In this document: piece after piece, positions 9,963 through 18,460 of the stretch
How positions within the stretch are numbered: position 1 is the first letter of the stretch
How the letters are laid out: each line of letters opens with the position of its first letter
NCBI GenBank assembly: GCA_964596325.1
Contig: CAZQSQ010000004.1
Location: 1 to 63,434 of the forward strand
DNA: 63,434 bases
Direction of reading: 5' to 3'
Source: an uncultured Candidatus Saccharibacteria bacterium
GTDB lineage: Bacteria; Patescibacteriota; Minisyncoccia; Minisyncoccales; JAGOPM01
Notes under the pieces: model-generated
What the model was told of the DNA's origin: nothing
Database searches by the model: none
What the model saw: only the letters and a program-made list of their open reading frames with translations
Translations under genes and position numbers: made by a program

Positions 9963-10583
9963 ATGGGAAGAATGCTAGATTTTGATTCCAAGAAAGTGGT
10001 CTGCTCCAAGAATGGACACGACCTGTTTGATATGATTTTCACTGATGAAAATGGCGAAAAGCTGGAATACACTGGCATAAACCAAAAGCCCTGGTCGGTA
10101 ATTTTCGCCCTCAAGGAAACACGCATTTCCCGGAGGACAGAATTCGACGTTGTGGTGGTGGAAAGCTTTGTTCCCGTGGCCCAAAAAAGGATGATGAAAT
10201 TGCCGGCCATCAGCTTTAGTTCGAAAAACCTTGGCCCAATCAAGGCCGCAGCCCAAGCCCTGAAAAAAAGAACCGGCTACGAATGCGATGAAAAAAATAT
10301 CACTCCCCTTTCCCCGGTACTTATGTCCTCGAGCCATTCCGAAACGCAAATCTACTGTTTCTTGGCCGAAAGATGTGTGAAGCGCGAAGAAATCGTCTCG
10401 GAAGCCCCCTTTTACCCTACAGTCCACTGGATGTCATTCAATTTATGGGTAGACATGATTAAATTGAACAAAATCGAAGAATCTTCTTCGATCATGGCCA
10501 CTTATCTGGCCATGGAAAACAAGCCCGAGCTTTACGAATACCGTCTTGAATACCTCAATAACAAAAAACTCATGCGAGATTAG
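9963..10583 (+). CDS. NUDIX-fold (ADP-ribose pyrophosphatase-like) protein with a degenerate Nudix box
   Basis: KLPA..AAAQALKKRTGY..SSSHSETQIYCFLAE..IEESSSIMA matches the ADPRase layout; SD AAGGAGG. Confidence 0.6.
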   Translation: MGRMLDFDSKKVVCSKNGHDLFDMIFTDENGEKLEYTGINQKPWSVIFALKETRISRRTEFDVVVVESFVPVAQKRMMKLPAISFSSKNLGPIKAAAQALKKRTGYECDEKNITPLSPVLMSSSHSETQIYCFLAERCVKREEIVSEAPFYPTVHWMSFNLWVDMIKLNKIEESSSIMATYLAMENKPELYEYRLEYLNNKKLMRD

Positions 10584-10599
10584 ATTATCATTCTCGCCC

Positions 10600-10624
10600 A
10601 GCTCCAAATAAATGGAGCTTTTTT
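10600..10624 (+). terminator. Intrinsic terminator
   Basis: agctcca/tggagct hairpin plus T-tract. Confidence 0.65.
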
Positions 10625-10632
10625 ATTGGCTA

Positions 10633-10662
10633 CCGCGTATAGCTCGCTTCGCTCGCACGCGG
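10633..10662 (-). repeat. REP-like hairpin with GAGCGAAGCGA loop
   Basis: Minus strand ccgcgt-gc-GAGCGAAGCGA-gctat-acgcgg; same GA-GC-NNN-GC-GA loop as the tRNA-associated elements. Confidence 0.55.
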
Positions 10663-10749
10663 CAAGTACGCGTTTTTTCTTGCTATTTATCTGCCTTTTG
10701 CTATAATATCTTACATCCGAGTTAGTGAATTCTAATTGTAGGGGGCGTC

Positions 10750-10853
10750 CCCCGTTAGAGTCGCTAACATAGCAACGCTTTCCTTTGTCGCACCCGAGGT
10801 ACTGGTTTGATACGACAGAGGTAAACACAGCGCCGTTAGCGACTCTAACGGGG
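10750..10853. mobile_element. MITE-like element, 104 bp, with perfect 19-bp terminal inverted repeats
   Basis: ccccgttagagtcgctaac (10750-10768) / gttagcgactctaacgggg (10835-10853), flanked by the direct repeat cgtc (10746-49, 10854-57). Confidence 0.65.
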
Positions 10854-10922
10854 CGTCGTACAGTGGTAGTACACACGTTTCGGGTGCGTGAGGTCCGAGT
10901 TCGATTCTCGGCGCCCCGACCA
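10849..10922 (+). tRNA. tRNA-Pro(CGG)
   Basis: CGGGGCG/CGCCCCG acceptor stem, GTAC D-stem, CACGT-TTCGGGT-GCGTG anticodon arm, TTCGATT T-loop, encoded CCA. Confidence 0.95.
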
Positions 10923-10924
10923 GC

Positions 10925-10952
10925 AAAACAGGCATATCAATGCCTGTTTTTG
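10925..10952 (+). terminator. Terminator after tRNA-Pro
   Basis: aaaacaggcat/atgcctgtttt inverted repeat. Confidence 0.7.
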
Positions 10953-11002
10953 TTTCCGCCTTGGCCTAGGTCAAGGCAAGTGACTAAAAAATCCAAAAGC
11001 CG

Positions 11003-11060
11003 TTGATTTTATTAGTCATTTCGTATATTGATTTTTTGGCCTTTTTGTGCTATAATATAT
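11003..11060 (+). promoter_or_regulatory. Promoter module (copy 1 of 2)
   Basis: TTGATT-N17-TATAAT; 50/58 identical to 18371-18428; followed by the palindrome attgtagtt-atc-aactacaat (11061-11081). Confidence 0.7.
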
Positions 11061-11105
11061 ATTGTAGTTATCAACTACAATTTCACAATCAAATAAGGAG
11101 GATAA

Positions 11106-11353
11106 ATGAATATGCTAAAATTTTTAGAGGAATAGCCATAGCGGCGCTCACTGGCGTACTGTTTTATAGTATTCGCTGTATTGTTTTTATCATAGCGCAC
11201 TGGTCACAATTTCCGGCACAGGAGGCGGGCAATCTCCCTTTCCTATTGTTTGGGCTAACAGTCGTTAGCATCTGCGCCATCTTAATGATCTACTTGTTTT
11301 TATACCTTGGCTTTGATGTTGAACTCATAAAGTTCAGATCAAAGAATAGCTAG
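11106..11353 (+). pseudogene. Small membrane protein gene frameshifted near its start
   Basis: The SD AAGGAGG-led ATG gives only MNMLKFLEE*; one extra A in ctaaaattttt would join it to the two-TM frame (KIFRGIAIAALTG...). Confidence 0.55.
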
Positions 11354-11388
11354 CAATATTCAGGAAAGGCATCATTAAAGGAGGAATA

Positions 11389-11817
11389 ATGAACGAAAAG
11401 CTAAAGAAAGTGATTTCCAACCCTGCACTTGTCGCAGCAGTCAGCCAGGTGATTTCTGAATTCAATTTGCAAGAAATCTCTGCCTCCCCTTCCAGCCCCA
11501 CTACCTATATTATAAAAGCAGTAATTGAGGTTGGTAAGAATGGACCTGCTCATGTATTTACAATATATGCGCAGACCAAAACCAGTAATGGCGCAATCAG
11601 ATCTCAAGCATATGCTTCTTGCACTGTAATGCAGGGCGAGCTGGAGATAAACCCAGAAGATGAAGTCCATCAAGTAACACTCGAACTTCATACAGGTCCT
11701 AAAACGGCTAACTACTGGGAAAAGCTCACCCAATATGTCTGGGATGAGATTGCCGCCAAGTACTCAAATGTCGAAGTTGTCAAAACCATTGATAAAGGTG
11801 CTGACTACGAAGCGTAA
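11389..11817 (+). CDS. Hypothetical protein
   Basis: 142-aa ORF with SD AAAGGAGG. Confidence 0.75.
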   Translation: MNEKLKKVISNPALVAAVSQVISEFNLQEISASPSSPTTYIIKAVIEVGKNGPAHVFTIYAQTKTSNGAIRSQAYASCTVMQGELEINPEDEVHQVTLELHTGPKTANYWEKLTQYVWDEIAAKYSNVEVVKTIDKGADYEA

Positions 11818-12049
11818 TTGTCCTTTATCGTTTGTCCTCTGTCCCTTATGCGCCCACAATGTGGGCGCCTTTACGTTCAGACAGTATTGGGCTAAAATGC
11901 CACAATTAGCATTATTTACAATACATTGTGGCGAAAAACGAAAGCAGAGAAAACCTAATGTTAATTTCGGCCTAAAGATAACTGGCAGTGGTTTAGCCTT
12001 TATTTTACTTATTTTTGGTCCAAATTTTTCATGGGAAAAAAGGAGGAAA

Positions 12050-12325
12050 ATGTATAATCCAAAAAATCGCGAACGACACAAATACTTGATTGTCCCTCTT
12101 GTTATCCTTGCTATTTCTTTAGCAATAAGCCTGTTTGCCAAATACAGCACAGAAATTCCGACTTGGAAAATATTCTATGTTCCGAGTGGAAATTTCTGGT
12201 ATTTGTTTTGGGTAATCGTTGGGACAATCGCTTTTTCGCTAAGTTTTGTTTCGGCCATAACCATTATTGGTTATTTGGTCTATAAACTGTCATGCTTAAT
12301 TTTTCTTAAAAAGGAAAAAAAATAA
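12050..12325 (+). CDS. Small two-TM membrane protein
   Basis: SD AAAAGGAGG before ATG 12050 (MYNPKNR...), inside track ORF 11735-12325; terminator cctcgca/tgcgagg follows. Confidence 0.65.
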   Translation: MYNPKNRERHKYLIVPLVILAISLAISLFAKYSTEIPTWKIFYVPSGNFWYLFWVIVGTIAFSLSFVSAITIIGYLVYKLSCLIFLKKEKK

Positions 12326-12522
12326 CACCCTCGCAATGCGAGGTTTTTTGTTACATGAAAAAATTGATTAAGGACAAATAGCGGACATGGCGAGCTAATT
12401 AAAATTAATAGAAGAGTAATTTTGAAAATAAATTCAAATAATTTACAAAATCATTAAATATTGTAGTAAAAATATTTAGCTTAAAAAAAACCCAAAATTT
12501 CCTATGGAACGCAGCATTCGAA

Positions 12523-12550
12523 TTGACATGGAAAATTTTACATGTATAAT
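12523..12550 (+). promoter_or_regulatory. Sigma70 promoter overlapped by a 20-bp palindrome
   Basis: TTGACA-N16-TATAAT; acatggaaaattttacatgt (12526-12545). Confidence 0.65.
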
Positions 12551-12609
12551 ATTAAGCACAAAATAGTCCTTAAAAAACCTAGAAAAACAGGACAGAAAGG
12601 AATAAGACC

Positions 12610-13245
12610 GTGATCAGAATAGCCTTTGCCGGACCGCCGTCTGTTGGTAAAACAATGCTGGCGCGCGAGCTCTCAGTAATTTTGAAAAAAATAAGCTGCT
12701 GGGCAGATATGGTTAATGAGGCGCACCGGCCTTATCTTGTCCGCAATGTTTGGCCCCAGAATAGGGACATCACTGCCGAGGACGAGTATGAAATGTTTTG
12801 CCGACAAATGGAAAACGAGCAAGACTTTGCTCAAGTCCAATCAGACTATGTTTTCCACGAAATGCCGCTTTTCCAAGATCTTATTTGGTTTCAATACAAA
12901 AAACTGGATGAAACTGCCCAAGGAAAGCCGTATTTCGACTTGATGGAGAAAGAATGCAATAGGGACACGCACAAATACGACCTCATTTTTCTTTGTAATC
13001 CAAAGAATGTCCCCAATGTCCGCCAACGAGTAAGCAATAATGATAGGGAAGTCCTCTATAAGCACATTAAACAGTATGTGGCCGATAAAAAACCATATAT
13101 TACCAATGTTTATGAGCTGAACGAAGGGGATTTTGATAAAAAGGTGAGTAGGGTGTTGGAAAAAATGGCTTTTCACTATCCGGAAGTTTCAAGCAAGCTC
13201 GCAGCTTATCGGACAAAGCATGGAAAGGTAATGGAAATTATATAA
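12610..13245 (+). CDS. P-loop nucleotide kinase-like (AAA_28 / NadR kinase-type)
   Basis: IAFAGPPSVGKTMLAREL; YDLIFLCNP..VRQR. Confidence 0.7.
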   Translation: MIRIAFAGPPSVGKTMLARELSVILKKISCWADMVNEAHRPYLVRNVWPQNRDITAEDEYEMFCRQMENEQDFAQVQSDYVFHEMPLFQDLIWFQYKKLDETAQGKPYFDLMEKECNRDTHKYDLIFLCNPKNVPNVRQRVSNNDREVLYKHIKQYVADKKPYITNVYELNEGDFDKKVSRVLEKMAFHYPEVSSKLAAYRTKHGKVMEII

Positions 13246-13255
13246 GAGGAGGAAA

Positions 13256-14320
13256 ATGGCAAAGCCATATGCTAAACCGTTTAGGGTAATCAATGCGATT
13301 ACCATTGATATTGGAGGGACAAATGTCCGCGTCAGCGCTGCAAAGTGCAACTATAATGCCAAAACTTGGAAATCACTGGCCAGAACCATAATTTTCCGAT
13401 CCCCGGCCAATCAAGAAGAATTGGAAAAACAAATAGGGGACAGCATGGTTGCAATCAGGAATGAATGCAAGGAGAAGCTCGAAGTTGTTGCGGTTTGCGC
13501 TGCCGGGATATTGGACAGTCACAAATCGACCCTGATTTCATTGTCTAATCAGCCGGGCTGGGAAAACATTAACTTTGAAGCCATCACCCAAAGGTATTGC
13601 CCAGAAATCATGGTCACGGACGGATATTTCCCATATCCAGTTTATGTAGAAAACGATGCCAAATCAGCCGCCCTTGCACAGTATTATTTTGCCAAGTATC
13701 CAAACAAGGAAAATCTCATATACCTGACATGCTCAACAGGCATGGGTGCTGGTATTATCCAAGATGGCCTGCCATTACTTGGCGGACAGGGCTTGGCGGG
13801 AGAAGTAGGGCACATGATTATGAGCACAGACCCGACCGCGCCGCTTTGCGGCTGTGGGCAACGGGGTTGCTGGGAGGCTTTTGTCGGGTTAAATAACTTT
13901 ACCCGCAATGCTAAAACTTGGTTGGATTTTATTGAATTTGACGAACCGTGGTATATGGCAGCTAAACATAGCGAGCAAGGCCTACGCGCTGAGGATATTT
14001 TCCAAGCCGCTATCAAGGACAACGATGCCTCGGCTTATTATCTGGTTAAAAACTGGGTGGAGCACACGGCTGTTGGAATAGGGAACCTGATCATGGCCTA
14101 TAATCCATCGACTATTGTCCTGGGCACGGTTGTCCAATATTGGGGAGAGCCATTACTGCGAATGATCCGCCAAGAACTGGAATATCGTTTTTGTGGCATG
14201 CCAAGACAGATAGAACATTGCCAGCTTACAGCCAATCAGCTGCCACGCCTCGAGGTCTTGGCCCCGCTAGCCGCTGCACTCCGACACCATTCTCTGATCT
14301 ATGGTTGGGAGATAAAATAA
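13256..14320 (+). CDS. ROK family sugar kinase (no HTH)
   Basis: IDIGGT, VENDA, TGMGAGII, GEVGH, CGCGQRGCWE. Confidence 0.9.
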   Translation: MAKPYAKPFRVINAITIDIGGTNVRVSAAKCNYNAKTWKSLARTIIFRSPANQEELEKQIGDSMVAIRNECKEKLEVVAVCAAGILDSHKSTLISLSNQPGWENINFEAITQRYCPEIMVTDGYFPYPVYVENDAKSAALAQYYFAKYPNKENLIYLTCSTGMGAGIIQDGLPLLGGQGLAGEVGHMIMSTDPTAPLCGCGQRGCWEAFVGLNNFTRNAKTWLDFIEFDEPWYMAAKHSEQGLRAEDIFQAAIKDNDASAYYLVKNWVEHTAVGIGNLIMAYNPSTIVLGTVVQYWGEPLLRMIRQELEYRFCGMPRQIEHCQLTANQLPRLEVLAPLAAALRHHSLIYGWEIK

Positions 14321-14353
14321 ACAAAATTAATACCCGCGCATTGCGCGGTTTTT

Positions 14354-14400
14354 TAATAGATTTTCTTAGCGAATTTTGAGCTTTAGAAAATCATGTATGC
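14354..14400 (+). repeat. Stand-alone copy of the ATTAG...TGTATGC hairpin element
   Basis: taatag-attttc-ttagc-gaattttga-gcttt-a-gaaaat-c-atgtatgc, right after the ROK terminator. Confidence 0.75.
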
Positions 14401-14439
14401 ACCGCTTACGTGTGCGCGGATGCGCACTGCGGGGCGAAT

Positions 14440-14476
14440 AAATTCAATCAATGCGAGTTCTCGAGCATTAGAATTT
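14440..14476 (+). repeat. Related hairpin (6-bp stem, 5-bp stem, GA..GA loop, bulged A)
   Basis: aaattc-aatc-aatgc-gagttctcga-gcatt-a-gaattt. Confidence 0.55.
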
Positions 14477-14626
14477 ATTAAACCTCGCCAAAGTGTAATC
14501 ACGGCGGCGGGGTAATACTTTGATTGGAAAGGGGAGATATGATTGACAAATCAAAATCATTATTGTATCGTATATATGCTTAGCAAAAAGGAGCTAGGCA
14601 AATTCATTTGCCAAAAAGGAGGCAAA

Positions 14627-15418
14627 ATGAGCATTATTAAAAATCTAATTGACCCAAAGGCAGCGCTTGAAAGGAAAAGAAGATTCTGGCAGTTTATACG
14701 CAACGCGGCAGCAATAACAACCGTTGTTGTTGGAATTATTTTTCTCGTATTGCTATTTACTTGCCCAGAATGGTTTGAGAATCTCATTTTTTCACCTAGA
14801 GCGCCTGTCCCCACGAGAGAAATAGCTTCCAATCCAGACCAGTCGCTCCGTCTGAAGCTAAACGATAGAGCCATGAACTTTATCAACAAGTATCAGGAAA
14901 AGACAGGAGAGTACTTTTGCGCAACCAGCCCTTTGCCCAAAGACTCAAACGACAAAACACTCAATGCCTTGATTGCATCTGTGGGCACTGATGTTGAAGT
15001 ACTTCGCGATTACAAAGGACCGGTTCTTCGCTCACAAAACTACCTCTACGCCTATTACAAGAAAGGCGAAACTGACCTAAGCTTCAAAATTGTCTTGCCG
15101 GCCAAAAACACCTTGCCAACAATCCTAGAAATCGTAGGCAATCTCTATAAAGAACCGGAAGTTCCAGACAAAGAGTCAATAAAAAGCTGGGAATTAACAA
15201 TGGACATTAAAATAATTAAAGTCATCGCAATTCCAGGGAATATGTATGACGAAGATAGTGTTGCCGGAAGCTTAGCAGGGAAGTTCAGGGAGCCCATTAT
15301 TTGCAGAACGCAATACAAAGGGCCAACCCCGCTTTCTGGCAACCAACTTATCTCTTACTACAAAAACGGCGATATGAGCAAAATCTATTTTATGATTTTA
15401 CAGCCTTTCGAAGTCTAA
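14627..15418 (+). CDS. Membrane-anchored protein with an internally duplicated domain
   Basis: SD AAAAGGAGG before MSIIKN; one TM; YKGPVLRSQNYLYAYYKKG vs YKGPTPLSGNQLISYYKNG. Confidence 0.7.
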   Translation: MSIIKNLIDPKAALERKRRFWQFIRNAAAITTVVVGIIFLVLLFTCPEWFENLIFSPRAPVPTREIASNPDQSLRLKLNDRAMNFINKYQEKTGEYFCATSPLPKDSNDKTLNALIASVGTDVEVLRDYKGPVLRSQNYLYAYYKKGETDLSFKIVLPAKNTLPTILEIVGNLYKEPEVPDKESIKSWELTMDIKIIKVIAIPGNMYDEDSVAGSLAGKFREPIICRTQYKGPTPLSGNQLISYYKNGDMSKIYFMILQPFEV

Positions 15419-15444
15419 AACTCAATCATCCCAAAGGAGAAAAA

Positions 15445-15624
15445 ATGGTAGAAATTGAAATATTATCAGGAAGAGACATGTCTGATCTGCGTGAAGCCAT
15501 CAAAAAGTGGCTCGGAAATAATAAAAGAGCCAAGATCATCTCACTGAGCCATTCTGAAGGAAATGATGAGTTTAGGCAGCACAGGGCAACAGCGCTCATT
15601 CTCTATAAAGAGGATGCTTTATAA
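15445..15624 (+). CDS. Small protein, Cse60/DUF2758-like
   Basis: SD AAAGGAG; MVEIEILSGRDMSDLREAIKKWL..IISLSHS..ALILYKE resembles this family by eye. Confidence 0.5.
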   Translation: MVEIEILSGRDMSDLREAIKKWLGNNKRAKIISLSHSEGNDEFRQHRATALILYKEDAL

Positions 15625-15779
15625 AAAGCGGGAAATTTGGCCGGCAGTTAATCAAGGCTAATAACCCATCATAGCTCGTAATAGTGAGTTTTGCCGCGTA
15701 ATAACACGCGGCTTTTTTCATAAAAAAATATCCGCTTTTGGCGGATAATTTTTGATTTGTAATTTGGAATTGATCCCTC

Positions 15780-17225
15780 TTATACTCTATGCTTTTTCTT
15801 AATGCTCTTGTCTGCCTGCTCATTGGCGCTATCAATGCCTTTGTTGGCCTGTGCCCGCATAGAAAGCAATTCCTTTTCCGGCATAGCCGCCAGTTCCTTG
15901 GCCATCTTCGAGAGAATCTCTTGGTCGTTTAGGGCCGGGTCGTCGATTACACGCTCTAACAATACGTCTAAAATTTGGCCAATTTTGGGCCCCGGAGCCA
16001 CACCTAAAAGCTGCATCAAATCATTACCATTGAGCTTGAGCATTTTGGGGCTAATAGGGTCTTGGGATACTTTGTCTATAATGTAGCGCAAATGGCGGAG
16101 CTTATAGGGCTCGGCCTTGGGGCAACCCGAACCAATGCGATCCGCTTGGCGCACCAGCAAAAGGTCTTCCACGTTTTGTGTGCCCACATTGCGGATGAGG
16201 CGGCGCACCGAACTTTCTGTAACTTCACCGGCGTTGTAATAGAAAAGGTGATAGCGCACTAGAGAAACAACCTTTTCCGCTTCTTTTTTGGAAAACTTTA
16301 ATCTCTCCATGATGCGTGCGGCCATGCGCCCGCCAACAACTTCGTGCCCATAAAAAGTTGAATTGATTCCTTGGCCGCGCTTGGTTTTGGGCTTGCCGAT
16401 ATCGTGCAAAAGAGAGGCCAGTTTTACCAGGGCAGGGAAGTCTTTTTTATCCGCATATTCCAAACTTTTCAGCGAATGCTCATAGACATCAAACTTGTGA
16501 TGTTTGTTTTGGCCAACCTTATAACCTTCTAAAAGTTCTGGCAAAACAATTTGCAACAAGCCGGTTTCGCGCATCAGCTCGATGCCTTTGTGGGCGCGCG
16601 GGCAGGCCACTATTTTCATCAGCTCGTCGCGCACGCGCTCGGCGGAAACATCTTTCAAATTTTTAGCCTTTTGGCAAATGGCCTCAAAAGTTTTCTCTTC
16701 CAGCCTAAAACCCAAAACCGTAGCAAAGCGCACGGCGCGCATAAGGCGCAAAGCGTCTTCTTCAAAGCGCTCTTGGGGCTCGCGCACTGCGCGTACCAGC
16801 TTGGCTTTCAAATCAATTTGGCCCTCAAAAGGATCAATAATATTTTTGGCCAAATCCAAAGCCATGGCATTGATCGTAAAATCGCGGCGGCTCAAATCCT
16901 CTTCAATGATTTTAGCCCATTCCACCTTGCCCGGGTGGCGTCTATCCTCATACATGCTTTCCGTGCGGAAGGGTGTGACCTCAATGTTCTGCAAATTGGA
17001 TATTTGGCTTCCGGTTAAAACCGTGACTGTACCAAAATCATTGGCATAAAAATTCTTAGGGAAAAACTCCTGGATTTGGGCCGGGTTAGCATCGGTGGTA
17101 ATATCCCAATCTTTGGGCTCCACACCTAAAAGCAGGTCGCGCACGCACCCGCCCACGGCATAGGCCTTAAAGCCTTTGGCCTGCAAAGTTTCCAAAATAG
17201 TTTTAACTTCTTGGGGTATATCCAT
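15780..17225 (-). CDS. cca: CCA tRNA nucleotidyltransferase with HD domain
   Basis: AVGGCVRDLLL..DWDITT, RRDFTINAM, FEEDALRLMRAVRF, LLHDIGKP; leaderless (TATAAT 7 nt before ATG). Confidence 0.92.
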   Translation of the reverse strand: MDIPQEVKTILETLQAKGFKAYAVGGCVRDLLLGVEPKDWDITTDANPAQIQEFFPKNFYANDFGTVTVLTGSQISNLQNIEVTPFRTESMYEDRRHPGKVEWAKIIEEDLSRRDFTINAMALDLAKNIIDPFEGQIDLKAKLVRAVREPQERFEEDALRLMRAVRFATVLGFRLEEKTFEAICQKAKNLKDVSAERVRDELMKIVACPRAHKGIELMRETGLLQIVLPELLEGYKVGQNKHHKFDVYEHSLKSLEYADKKDFPALVKLASLLHDIGKPKTKRGQGINSTFYGHEVVGGRMAARIMERLKFSKKEAEKVVSLVRYHLFYYNAGEVTESSVRRLIRNVGTQNVEDLLLVRQADRIGSGCPKAEPYKLRHLRYIIDKVSQDPISPKMLKLNGNDLMQLLGVAPGPKIGQILDVLLERVIDDPALNDQEILSKMAKELAAMPEKELLSMRAQANKGIDSANEQADKSIKKKHRV

Positions 17226-17262
17226 TGTTTGAATTATACAAAACTCTGACTTTTTTTATACC

Positions 17263-17291
17263 TTGACTTATCATAAAAATGATATTATAAT
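17263..17291 (+). promoter_or_regulatory. Sigma70 promoter
   Basis: TTGACT-N17-TATAAT; spacer palindrome tatcat-aaaa-atgata. Confidence 0.7.
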
Positions 17292-17359
17292 ATTAATGAA
17301 CTTTTAGCAAGCCTTTTGCTAAAAATGCTCGCGAAAAATCGAAGGAAGGAGATTATTGA

Positions 17360-18016
17360 ATGAAAAACAAAAAAGGATTATTGGCGCCAGTGATTGCCTT
17401 GGCAATCGGTTTAGGATTTTGGGGTGTTATCGGTTTGCAGTTGGTCCGAAACGGACCGGGTGCGCCTCCCCAACAAGCGATCTCGCAAATGTTTCGCCTC
17501 CATGAGGCAGCGATTAAGGAGGGCCAGAATATGTCTTTTGCCAAAAATGAACAGATACATCTGGAAACTTTTTGGCAGCCCACCCAAAATGTCGGCAGTG
17601 GGGAAGAGTGCCTCTTAGGCGCTTTTCGCATTGCCTCCAATATTACGGGCAACACCAAAATTTTGGCTCTTTGCCCTTCATTTAGCCATTTCCCGTCAGA
17701 TCTTTTCAGTGGCGTGCGTCTCTACTTTATTAATGCCCAAGGGCTGCAAATCAGCCCCGTCTATACCTTGGAGTCTTACAAATTCAGCTATGACCAAAAC
17801 AGCGGCTACAATGTCATCCTTAACGACATCAAGAACTTTGTACTCGTCGGAGGAGCTTCGGAAAGCGTAATCGGCATCTCGGGAATTTGTAAAAAAAATG
17901 CTTCAGCGGTCGATTCGATGTTGAGCATCACGCCCGGAGGCATGGACGCGCTGACGCCTGACGGAAAAATGATCACCAATGAATCCTCGGCCCACGTGCC
18001 ATTTTTTGTACGATAA
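17360..18016 (+). CDS. Hypothetical secreted or membrane-anchored protein
   Basis: N-terminal hydrophobic helix; SD GAAGGAG. Confidence 0.7.
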   Translation: MKNKKGLLAPVIALAIGLGFWGVIGLQLVRNGPGAPPQQAISQMFRLHEAAIKEGQNMSFAKNEQIHLETFWQPTQNVGSGEECLLGAFRIASNITGNTKILALCPSFSHFPSDLFSGVRLYFINAQGLQISPVYTLESYKFSYDQNSGYNVILNDIKNFVLVGGASESVIGISGICKKNASAVDSMLSITPGGMDALTPDGKMITNESSAHVPFFVR

Positions 18017-18028
18017 GAAAGGAGAAAA

Positions 18029-18220
18029 ATGCTGCGCAAAACTTTTCGCCAAAGACAAAGATTGAGTTCTGTGAGTTTTCGCCCTTTTGAACTGATAACC
18101 GAGGGGCAATACAAAACCATCTGTTGTAACCAGCGCCGAAAAAATGCCGGCAAAGACCAAAAATATCTCCCCAAAAGCCAGCCAAAAACCCGCCACTACA
18201 AGGCTGTCTATTACTGCTAA
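18029..18220 (+). CDS. Small basic hypothetical protein
   Basis: SD AAAGGAG; 63 aa; hairpin gccgcatc..gatgcggc and T-tract follow. Confidence 0.5.
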   Translation: MLRKTFRQRQRLSSVSFRPFELITEGQYKTICCNQRRKNAGKDQKYLPKSQPKTRHYKAVYYC

Positions 18221-18370
18221 AAACATAGCCGCATCAGCTAAAGCCCGATGCGGCTCTTTTTATATTCCCAGACTTAAAAATTACTTCCTTATTTCCTCAG
18301 GCCTTGGAAAGTGCCAAGGGCCCTTGCGCAAGGCGGCAGGCGGCGCTAATAAATCCAAGCCCGTTCGGGC

Positions 18371-18428
18371 TTGATTTTATTAGTAACTTCGTACATTGAT
18401 TTTTAGCCATTTTTATGGTATAATATAT
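18371..18428 (+). promoter_or_regulatory. Promoter module (copy 2 of 2)
   Basis: TTGATT-N17-TATAAT; 50/58 identical to 11003-11060. Confidence 0.7.
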
Positions 18429-18460
18429 TATGTTCTAGAAAAACTAAATAGGAGGATTAC

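Noticed and set aside
10750-10853. SRP RNA
   Set aside because: Lacks the conserved helix-8 CAGG..GNRA..AGCAG motif; the terminal inverted repeats plus duplication fit a MITE better.
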